Shown piece after piece: positions 1 through 10,387 of a stretch of DNA of 40,649 nucleotides; the stretch's first letter is position 1, and each line of letters opens with the position of its first letter. Position numbers and translations under genes: made by a program. The DNA is from Guillardia theta CCMP2712. Taxonomy: Eukaryota > Protista > Cryptophyta. The stretch is from positions 125,742 to 166,390 of the forward strand of contig NW_005434562.1 of the NCBI RefSeq assembly GCF_000315625.1. Direction: 5' to 3'. The notes under the pieces were generated by a model. That model searched no databases. It saw only the letters and a list, made by a program, of their open reading frames with translations, and was not told the DNA's origin.

Positions 1-108
1 AGGAGGAGGAGGAGGAGGAGGAGGAGGTAGAATGGATGGTAGGAGGGGAGCAGCAGGAGGAACAAGAGAAGGTCGAGACAAGGAGAAGGAGTAAAGTGAA
101 GGGCAGGA

Positions 109-193
<85 letters not shown>

Positions 194-3100
194 AGGGGAG
201 CATCAGACCGCAACAAACTTGCTGACGGCAATCAGATCCTCGTCCCTCGCCTGCCCTCCCTCCATTGTTGGTTTCTCTGTCTTGAGCTGTGCCCGCCGCC
301 TGTCCTCCTTCCCTCCCATGGTGGAGTACCTGCCATACTGTCACCTTCTGCTCCCCAGCCCCTCAGGAGCTACGGGAAGAGCAGGCGACTTGAGGAGGGA
401 GGGAGGGAGGAGCGCAGCGACCGATGCTGCTCCGCCCACACGCCGGAGGAGGAGGAGTCGGAGATGATGACTGGGAGCAGGAGGTCAGGAGGAGGGGGGA
501 GAAGGGGGAAGGAGAGGAGGGGAGAGAAGACGGGGGAAGGAGGGGGAGGGAGAGGAGGGAGAGGAGGTGGAGGGGGTGGAAGAGTCAGGACTTAGTCTCG
601 GTCCCAGCGAGTCAGAATGCTGCTTCCCCTGCTTTGTTCTTGCCTTGAACATCAGTCAGGAGGATGGAGACGTTGGAGTGGGAGGGGAGAGGATGAAGAT
701 CAAGGAGAAGAGAACGAGCAGCAGGAGGAGAAAGAGGAGACAGGAGAAGACCGAGGAGGAAAAGGAGAGAGAAGGAGACGGAAGACGAGGAGCAAGAAGA
801 TGAGGGGAAGGAGAATAAGAAGGGAGGAAGAGGAAGGAGACGAGGAAGGGAGGAGGAGGAGGAGGAGGAGGAGGTTGAAGAGGAGGAGGAGGAGGAGGAG
901 GTTGAAGAGGAGGAGGAGGAGGAGGAGGTTGAAGAGGAGGAGGAGGAGGAGGAGGAGGAGGAGGAGGAGGAAGGAGGGGTGGAGATCGCAAGACCTGATG
1001 GAAGAGAGTGAGGATATCGTAGAGGTCTATGTAACCGTCCACAGCGACCCATCTCCCACTCTTCTTCTGCGCGTGTCCGCTGGAGAGAGAGAGTGAGCAA
1101 AGAATGAGAAGATGGCGAAGGAGGAGGAGGAGGAGGAGGAGGACGAGGAGGACGAGGAGGACGAGGAGGACGAGGAGGACGAGGAGGAGGAGGAGATGGT
1201 TGTGAAAGAGGAGGTGATGGCAAATATAGATGCAAGGTGAGCAATCCTACCTGTAGACGATGAAGAACATGTCAGCGTTGGGTTCTTCAAACAAACTTCG
1301 CACTTGCTGTAACGTTTGCTTTCTTGTCATGTTGGTGTTTGCTTCAAGCAACTCCATCATCATCTCCATCACCCAGAGTTAAATGTTTCACCGTTCTCTT
1401 TCACGTTGATTCGAAATCGCCGAGCAAGCTCCTTGAAGTTTTTGTGATCCTCAACAACGCTAAATCAAGTCAGGCCCACTTTCTCGACACTTCATCCTCT
1501 CTCACTCTCCTTCCTCTTCCTCCTCCTCTTCCTTTTCCTCGTCCTCGTCCTGCTCACCTTGGCAAGTCTTGTCCGAAGTTTGTTGAAGCATCCTTCTTGT
1601 TGACGTCTGCTTGACTCCCTTGAGAGGAGTCAAACTCCCGTGTAGTCAACTGTTGCTGGCATAAGAAAATATTCTCAAGTACCTCCCTCCTCCTCCTCCT
1701 CCTCCTCCTCCTCCTCGTCACATCTTCCTACCTCAAACAACGAGTCCAGACTCGCCGTCGCTCCTGAATGCCAGGGGAACTTCAAGTTCTCCTGCCGAGG
1801 ACCGCCGAGGAGGAGGGAGAAGCAGCGAGGAGGTCGAGCAGCGAGGATGGGCTCTTGAGGAAGAAGTCGGATCTCCTCCTGTAAGGAGGGAACGGCACCG
1901 AGCTGGAGCTGTTGGTCGTCGATCAATTTCTTGTCGTCGTCTGAATTTTGTGCAGCTGTCAGACGGGAGGGAGGAAGGAAGGAGAGGGAGAGGATGAGGT
2001 GGGAGGGAGAAAAGGGGGAGAGGAAGGAGGAGAATAAAGAGGAGAAACGAGTTGTAAGGGGGAGAGAGAGAGATGGGAAGAAAGGAAGGGAAGGAGGGTT
2101 CGGACATGGTGGAGAGGGAGGCGCGAAGGAGGAAGAGACAAAGGAGAAGCAGAGAAAATGAAAGAGATTTGGAACAGCGGAACAGGAGAAAAAATCTGGA
2201 TAGCAGGAGGAGGGGAGAGCTGGAAGCAGTGGAGGATAGGCAATGAAGGGGAAGGAAGAGAGATGAAGGAGGAAGAGACGAAAGGGACAGGAAGGAGGGC
2301 AGTGGGGTGGAGAAAAGATGTCTGGTATACCCATCTTTAAGGACAAGTCGTAAACAGCTTCGATGAGGGTTGTGTCTGCATAGGATAGACAGGACTTCCC
2401 ATCCTTATCGCACCTCGACCAGTCAGCACCAAACTGGAGAAGGACTCTTATCATTTCTCGGTCCCTCCGTTGAACTGCAAGGTGGAGTGGAGTTCGGAGG
2501 AAGAACTGAAGGTCGGTCAGTTGGAACGCGCAGAGATGAAGGGATGGGAAGAGAACAGGATAGAGGAGGAGGAAGGAGAGGTAGAGAATGAGACTGGAGG
2601 GAAACCAAAGCAGAGCAGAGAAGAGGAGGTGAGGAGAGGGGACGAGAGGGGAGAGGTGGAGGAGAGGAGAGGAGAGGAGCTGGAGCTGTAGGAGGAGAGC
2701 CGAGGAGAGCCGAGGAGAGCCGAGGAGAGCCGAGGAGAGCAGAGGAGCCGTGGAGCACAGGAAGAGTTCATCAAGTCCTCACCTTGTTCGGGATGTTTAC
2801 GTCACATCCTTCCAACAGGATGAACTGAACAACATCTGACAAGAAGGCCCAGCAACATGAGCAGGCTCACGAGGAGGAGGCAACTTCCTCACCGATCTTC
2901 CTCCGGGACACAGCATGGTGCAGGGCAGTCCAGCCCCCGGCGTCTCCTCGATGTAGGATCTGCTCATTGAGGAGGTAGGAGGTGGCAACCTGCTTGTCCT
3001 TCTTGAAGATGGAGATCTTGAACTCCTTGGCTCGCTTCCTCCTCATCATCATCCTCACGAGGTAAGGCAGGTCTCTTCCTATCCCCTTCCTCTGGTCTGC

Positions 3101-5933
3101 CTCCCTCTGCTGCAGCTCTCTCCACTTCAGCAGCTCCTCCGCAAACTTGGAAACATCCCCGGTGCTGGCAGCAGCGTGGAGAGGATAGTTCCTGAGCCGC
3201 TCGAACGCGATTGCCTCCTCGTCCTCTTCCTCGTCCTCCTCGTCCTCCTCCTCCACCTGCCGGACTGCCTCCTCTATCCTTCCAAGGAGAATGTCTTTCA
3301 CTGTGATGCGGAAGAAATCAGCGATGAGGGAACAAAGGGTCTTGAACTGCTCGAGATCGATCTCCCGATCTCCCTCAAGCATCCTCCTCCTGATCGTCCC
3401 CTTGGCTGCGAAGAAAAACTCGGCCAGCTGCTCCTTGTCAAGATAGGAGGGTGAAATGCTCCTTGCGCGAGCGAAGGACAGGAACTCAATGAAGTTCATG
3501 GAGTAAATCCGGTTCCCCTGCATGATCTCATACTGGGACGTTCTTCCTTCCCTCTGACGCGCCTTGTTCGCGAAGCTCTCTTGCTCCTCCTCCGTCTTCT
3601 TCCCTGCCTTCACCTCCCCTTCCCCGGTCTGGGTCCCTTCCTCCTTGCCGTACATGCTGAATGTGGTGAACTGCTGGAAAAGCAGCGCCTGCAGCTCATC
3701 CCGCTCACCCCCGAGTTGAGACTTGAAGCTCTTGTTGAAGTCAAGGGAGGAGTTTGGAGAGGTCGGGGACTTTGTTGGGCTCTGGACAAGCGAGACGTCG
3801 TCGAGTGAAGTTGCATGGTCGCTTTTGCTCGAGTTAGCTCGGATCTGTAACCTGATGCGAGAAAACTGAAGAGGAAAGGAGACAGTCAGGCAAGACATAG
3901 AGCAGCCATCGTGTGGGAGAGAGAACGTTGGGAGAGGAGAAACGAGAACGACAAGTGATGGGTAAAAGAAAAGAATTCAACAACCTGATCAGCAAAAGTG
4001 TCCGCCTGATAGCCAACAACATATTCCCCCCTCTCATCAACGAGAAGGAAATAATCGTCAAGTGAAAACCCGTCGTTCACGATGTCGTGCATTTCGGGCA
4101 GCTCGGCATATCCAATGAATTCATCGGATCTTATAACGCTGGTCTTCCGCTTTTCCATGTTTAACAATCTGAGCTCGTCGAAATCCCAAACCTCTATCCT
4201 CATCCTTTCGTTCCACCTGCAGCTATTTTCATCCTTGATCAAAACTGACCCACCATGCTACGTCTTCACCAGCACAGACACACTTTCTTCAAGGAGATTT
4301 GTGGATACTCAACACTTTCATCATCATAATCATCATTGTCGTCCTTGTCAACCATGTCTTGGTTATCATCATCAACATCTCCACAATCATCAACACCAGC
4401 ATCAACATCAACATCAACATCAACATCAACATCAACATCAACATCAACTATCGCGACTCACTCTCTGCTGGAGTGATAAAACACTTGCCCCGCTCCCCAA
4501 GACGGGCTCATCGTGTTATACCGCACGCTTGTCAAGTACTCCTTCTCTCCTGCTACAACCTTCACATAAGGATCACAAGAACCAAGCTTGTCCATCTTTG
4601 GGAGCTGCGCACATTCCATGATGGTAATTTTGAGGGGTGCACAGACAAACAACTTGATGGTTCCCTTCTCCGACAACAACTCAGCCTCTTCGCATGCTCT
4701 CTGCAGCTGCTCCTCCCGTCTGATCGAAACTTCGTCCGAAGGCTTCATGGGGATGTTTGGATGCGAACAGTCCACCGACAGTTCGCAGAAGTTCAACCAC
4801 CTTGACCCTGCCTCCCTCACGGCTTGCAAGATTACTCGACGTGCGCTCGCCTCTGTCACCCTCCATCTCGCCAGCTTCGCGTCGTCGGCGATGCACTCAA
4901 AGTCCTTGGACAGAAAGTCCTCCATCCCCAGCCCCTGCTCGCTGAAAGCCTTGATGTACTTGTCAGCCTTCTTCATCAGCAGCCCCCTCGACGACTCGAG
5001 CAAGTTGGAGACGAAGTCTGACATGGCGTTGAGGAAACAGTTCTGATGGTAATCGCTGAGCTCGAAGTCGATAGCAAGGTGCAAAGAGGTCAGTTGCCCG
5101 TCTGCTCCCTGCACGAAGATCTCGTCTGGAGAGCTGGGGTCCAGCCCACGACAGACTGCGCGGCATCCTGGCTGCCACCTGGCCCTGTGCCATGCATCGC
5201 TAGAGGACAGCGACTTCCGCTTCAGATCTTTAAGGTACTCGATGTTCTGCTGCATCCTCTCCACTTTCGCTTGCTGTAGCGCAGGAGGCAGTGAGGCACC
5301 CGAGTCGCCCTGCAGCAACTTGAGTTGCTCTTCCAGCTCCGCTGCCTGCCCGTCCCATAGCCTAGCACGAACCCTCCGCACGAGATAATCTTGGACGGGG
5401 AGATCGATGAGCCCGAGCTGCTCTTCTTTCTGATCCTTCCCCTTGGTTCTCAACTCTACCAGCAAGTGGAGGGCGCTGATGGTTGCCAAGTCCATATCCC
5501 CCCGCAAGTTCCATGTCAGAGTCTCGTTCCATTCCGGAGAGAGGGAGTTCTTCGCTACTTTCGTTTGCGACTTGTGGGGAACGCGGCTGTATCCTTCAAA
5601 GAGGAGGCTGTCCGGTACTATCCTAGCCCTACAGAACGAGTTCGTCAGCCCCTCGCGCTCTGTCTTTGGGAGGTGTCGCCCCGATCGCACTCGGAGTACG
5701 ATCCTCCACACGGAGGAAGGGTGGTATCTCAACTCGAGGTTGTCGCTCTTGAACTCTTTCTGTAGGATTGCATCGACTTCATCTCGTGAGGGTGTGTGCT
5801 CGAGCTCAGCGACCCGGATGTCTGAACCCCAGCAGAATTTTAGTTTTCTCCCCTTATTCATCTCCACATATCCCTGCCAGCTCTTCACGGTTTGTTCCCT
5901 TCTAGAGCAGAGGGGTCGAAGGATCCCTCCCAT
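1..5933 (-). CDS. Multi-exon C2-SAM-C2-EF-hand-ankyrin-caspase-fold (clan CD-like) protein; 3' end off-window, start approximate
   Basis: Hand-spliced with GT-AG sites. C2 #1: WRIVLRVRSGRHLPK...TKVAKNSLSPEWNETL. SAM-like: KYIKAFSEQGLGMEDFL...VTEASARRVILQAV. C2 #2: ITIMECAQLPKMDKLGSCDPYVKV...RIEVWDFD...DEFIGYAEL. EF-hand/p25-like: MNFIEFLSFARAR...REIDLEQFKTL. Ankyrins: YPLHAAASTGD, GWTALHHAVSRR|DVVQFILLEGCDVNIPNK|FFLRTPLHLAVQRRDREMIRVLLQFGAD. Caspase-like part from exons ~1955-1730, ~1657-1557, ~1458-1392, 1341-1251, 1079-995, 643-592, 470-422 and ~330-208. Confidence 0.8.
107..194 (+). repeat. (GAGCAG)n hexamer microsatellite, intronic
   Basis: Perfect tandem GAGCAG units. Confidence 0.95.
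4398..4448 (+). repeat. (CATCAA)n microsatellite in an intron of gene 1
   Basis: Tandem CATCAA units lying between the exons of the second C2 domain. Confidence 0.9.
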
Positions 5934-6103
5934 CCATCTGCAAGCACTTCAAGTCTCGACTCGTCATCGTCTCTCCTTCAAGATCGAGATCCACCTCGTC
6001 GCTTCTATGTTTACATCATTGCAGTTGCTCCGGGAAATGCGATGATTCCAACCCTCCTCCCCGCTCAGCACTGTACTCAGTTAAGTCTGCAGTTCAGTGC
6101 TGC

Positions 6104-6175
6104 AGTTAAGTTAAAAATCAGTACGAGGACAATGCATGGCCAAGTTTACTCAAAGTTAAGTTAAAGTCAGTACGA
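6104..6175. promoter_or_regulatory. Recurring intergenic motif TTTACTCAAAGTTAAGTTAAA(G/A)TCAGTACGA; one full and one partial copy
   Basis: 6145-6175 matches 22841-22871 at 30/31 positions, with a partial copy at 6104-6126. Both loci lie between divergently oriented genes. Confidence 0.55.
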
Positions 6176-6600
6176 GGAGACAAAAGACACTAGCACTGAG
6201 GTGCTCTCAAGTAACTAGTGCTGTAGCCGGGAATTCTAGAACACGGAAAACGCGAACTTTACAACAGTGTTCGACTGGGGGCACGTACCCTGTTTTCAGT
6301 GGTGCAGAGGAGGGGTACTCGGTGTGAAAGTGTAGCCTCCCGGAACTCCGAGAGTTCAGGGGGTGGGGTCATCAAGAATTTGAACAAAAAAAAACGTATC
6401 GATCGACCCTACCCCTGATACACCCTACCCCTGCAATGATTGTCCCTACCCTACCTGATTTCGTAGTCTGACGCCAAAAACAGGGGTAGTAGCAGCAGTA
6501 GTCGGAGCGACGGGATTACCGGTGGAGCAAACAGAGTACCGGCTATGACCCATCTTTTTAACTGCTAGAGTGAACCCTTGGCACAGGGACACGCGTCGCA

Positions 6601-8650
6601 ATGCTCGCAACATGCAGCGGCAGCCGACTTGTGCTGTCCTTGCTCGTTCTCAACTTCCTCTCGGTTGCGGCCATGACGCCATGTGCTAACGACTACTTGA
6701 TGGAGCTCAGAAAGAATGCCAGCATGATGGTTTCCACGTGTTTGGGAATACCGATAGAGCCAGGCAGTATTAACATGTCCATGTTTGCGAACCAAGGACT
6801 GTTCATGGACAAATGTCAGGTTTCTTTTGCAAACATCTCCAGTTGCTTATCTCAGCTTGAAAACTACTCTTTCCCTGACATGTCAAACATGTCGTGTGTG
6901 AAGGAGATGTCAACGGCAGAAATGAAGAATGAGTCTGTCGTGACGCAGGAAATCAAGATGTATGCGATGCAAGCATGGCAGAACGTGACTATGAATGGGA
7001 AGGGAATTTTAAGCATGATTTGTCTCAACGTGAACGGAAGTTTTTGCTTGCCGGAGTTTCTCAGTCTTTCTCTCGCAGCTAATGTGACTGAGCCGGTGAG
7101 CCTCTCTTGATCTCTCAAGTCATCAAGACTGAAGCCTCCTTGCAGGGTATGGACAGGCAGACGGCGATCATGGCGATACCAACTCTCTGCTCCTCTCCTT
7201 GCTTCAATGCCCTCTTGCAAGCCTTCGAATCTCTCGTCAAATTCTTTCCTCCACCTGGTCCGGCTCCTGCAAATCCCATGATGATGAAACAAGGCTTCGA
7301 ATATGTATGCACGATCAAAGACTCAAGTGGGAAGTATTGCTTCGCCAACTCGTACGCCACGATGACGAGCTCTGCATACGTGTGCTCGGAGTGTGGCTCG
7401 TTGGTAATGAGAGGCGATGATATTGCTTGTCCACTGAGAGGAGGGTGACAGATGATGGCTAATGGACTTGTAGATCTACAAAAGAATCTTCCAAGTGGCC
7501 TGTCGCCGCAAATGCTCAGCACGGTCGCGCCGATGATGTGTCTGAAAGGTGATAGTTGTGGGTACAAGGTGTAAGATGTCATGGTGACATGGAGTGTTCT
7601 AGATGGAACGCAATACTGCCTAGACAAAGCGAACGGATTTCAAACAGTCTTGACAGGAGGGCTTTCTTGCTTGAGTGCTCCGACTCCAGGAACCTGTCCT
7701 ACCGACAACACGTGTAAGGTGACGATGATGCTTCCTGGCCTGGCGGTTCGTCTCTGACAGAGTGAGATACAGCAAGCAATAGTGCAAGCTCAGGGCATGG
7801 GCTGTTGCGTCGGGTCTCTTCTCAAGTTGAATCCTTCAATCGATGGCGTTGTAGCAGGAATCGCCAAGGATTGCAAACTGAACATCCCGGACCCCTGTAT
7901 GTCTTTCTCTTGCCGCTGGCGGTATCAGTCCCTGATACAGGAGATTGATTTGGCCACATTCAGGTCAGGCTGGACCAAGGATCACCTTCTCGATCGACAT
8001 CTCCAACCTCAAGTATAGTTGGTACTCTGCAAGCACGGCCAACTCAGACACAGCCAACAAATATGTGAGGATTGCCTTGAATGATCTCGCCGCTCTGACT
8101 GTCTCATGTCAACCTTCAGCTCGGTCTTGACATCGGCGGCTTCCTGAGCGTCCTTCCGATTGCGGTAAAACAACCGACCCACTCAGCGAATGCCGTATTT
8201 TACTTGGATGATGGGATAGGTGAAAACTGTGGCCTCGACGCAACTCACAACGACCAATCCCTCCGGAACTCAACTGAAAGTGCAGGTAGACACCAGCTCG
8301 ACACAGCAGGTGCTTATTTACAGCCTCGTTGTTTGACCCAGCCGTGACGAGACTCTTGGTAGGGGAACACGGTTGTCCAGAAGCTCAACTCCCACATGAA
8401 CAGACGAAGCGGAGGCTTGTCTCTCAAGCAGCTGTCCAGCAATCTTGACGCAAGTGCCAAAGTCAACCCCAACCAGGACTTTTCTCTCACTGTCGTGTCG
8501 GGAAGTATCCAACAGTCCGACCCTTACCAGGCGCAGACCACAATGACTTCGACGACTCCGATGTCTGCAGGAAACACTCTTAGCGCGACTAGTATGCTTA
8601 CACAGCTCATGGCGATGGTGTTGTCTGTTTGTATTCTGAGACATGCTTGA
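6601..8650 (+). CDS. Multi-exon secreted cysteine-rich protein with probable GPI anchor or C-terminal hydrophobic tail
   Basis: N-terminal signal peptide MLATCSGSRLVLSLLVLNFLSVAA and many N-x-S/T sequons. Repeated C-x(4-7)-Y/F-C motifs (CLNVNGSFC, CTIKDSSGKYC, CLK|DGTQYC) plus MGCCVGS. Short GT-AG introns. Ends in a Thr/Ser-rich stalk and hydrophobic tail SMLTQLMAMVLSVCILRHA*. Confidence 0.75.
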
Positions 8651-8853
8651 GCGGGTCATGGAGGAGAGAGTGTTTGACAAAGATTGGTGCTTTGAATGTA
8701 AAGAGTCTTGCCTGTTCTGACTGAACAGTCGACAGAGGTACACCATAGGTGACACGATGAAGAACAAGAGACATTTATTTGATTCCAAATCTTGCAGCTC
8801 GCAAGCTCTATTTACACCGATGATTTTGTATGTCGCGCTTGTATGTTGTCAAC

Positions 8854-9782
8854 CTAGTCATCTGTATCTGCCAACATTTTCTGCAGCTAGAACCACAACA
8901 GTCAGTACGCTATGCAATACGCCGCCCTCCACTCATCCACCATCTGCACCTCCCTCCACTCATCCACCATCTGCACCTCCTTCTTTACCTTGGCAGCACC
9001 GTACTGCTTGTTAGCATCCCAACGGCCTTTCAGAGCTGCAGTGATAGCCTTTGAAGGAATCAGAGGTCAGGGCAGGAAGACGATCCAAACGAGCCTCACC
9101 TCGTCAGACTGTTGGGAGATTTCATCTGCCATCTCACCAGCTGTCTTGTTCAACAATCTGTCGCTTCTCTCGATGTATTCCTGCACTGCTGCCTGCTGGC
9201 AAAGGTAGTTGATCACCTCCAGCAGCTGTTTCTTGCTCGCATGCTCCTTCCCGTGCATCTTCGGCTCTACTGGCGTTTGAGGCATTGCTGGATCAACAGC
9301 ATGAAGGTCACCTTGCTCAACCATGAAGATTGCCCATGTCAAGGCACTCCATCCGTCCTTGTCTTGCACGGTCGGGTCTGCACGATTCCCCTCTGGGCCT
9401 CCCTCCAACTGTAGGTAAGGGAAGCGAGAGTGGTTAGGCACAGTACCATCATGTGCACAGAGCATCCTACAAGGTAACGAAGGACGTTCTTGTGCCCTCG
9501 CATGGCTGCCCAGTGAACAGCTGCAAGTCCATCCTGCACCAAGTGCCCTGAGACCAGCAGCAACTTCGAGGAAGCAGCCAGGCACCTCGTCCTGCATGTC
9601 GACAGCTATTCGTACATGCCCTGGCTTCCTGTCCTTGCCCTTTCAAGAGGACACCAGTCAGGACAGAGTCTGATGAGCATCTAGCTCACCTGCACGAAGT
9701 CCTTCACCTTCTCGATGTCTCCCTTTGCTACAAAATTGTGGAATGCCGCTAGAGCATTCACGTTGGTAGATCGTCGAGCCAT
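8854..9782 (-). CDS. Small ankyrin-repeat protein (~6 exons)
   Basis: MARRSTNVNALAAFHNFVAKGDIEKVKDFVQ|GKDRKPGHVRIAVDMQDE|DGLAAVHWAAMRGHKNVLRYL|LEGGPEGNRADPTVQDKDGWSALTWAI...|AITAALKGRWDANKQYGAAK|KMLADTDD*; canonical splice sites. Confidence 0.8.
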
Positions 9783-10387
9783 GGATCGCTATGTTGCACT
9801 TGGAGCTCGCAAATTGAAGCTGATGAAGAAGTAGGAGTATGGATGTCAGCATGACGTTTGTTATAGTCTTAAGACCATGGTCCACAGCTGGTGCATGCCT
9901 TTCATCCCTTCACCTCCTGTCTACAGTCCCTCCTGTAATCACAAGTCTTATCTATGATTTCTCAACGACTGGTTTCCACAAGACTTCCAATTCACATGTT
10001 CTTCTTCCCATCTTTGCTAAACTCTTCCTGCCTTCTTCTTCTCATCGACATCCTTTCCTACTGCTCTTCTCCTATGGTTATCAAAGTTTTCCCCGCCATT
10101 TCGTACGCTTCAAATTCCCCCTGGCAAACCGGAGATGAGGATAAGCCCTACAAACCCGCCTCAACAAAATACTACTAAATGGAAAAGGCAGCAAAAACCG
10201 GAACACAAACAAAGGAGGAAAAGTAGAAATGGCAGGAAGTTTGTGGTTTGAAATATTGTGAAACAATAGAATTGACAAAAAACTAAAGGAAAAGTATTGA
10301 ACCTACTTCGAATCCTACTAGATCAAGCTTGAAAGATCCCATAGCTCTACAAATCCGCCTCAATACTTAGCTGAGAACCGCGGCACC

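Noticed and set aside
36-1290. Poly-E/R/P/S ORFs in the ORF track, here and at 13473-13999, 14648-15194, 18779-19922, 20382-21549, 22936-23647 and 39634-40444
   Set aside because: They arise from stop-free microsatellites, mostly in introns or intergenic DNA, or are antisense to real exons.
2692-2746. 10-nt tandem (GAGGAGAGCC)n, and the 27-nt duplication at 8925-8981, as CRISPR-like arrays
   Set aside because: There are no unique spacers or cas genes; these are intronic mini-satellites in a eukaryote.
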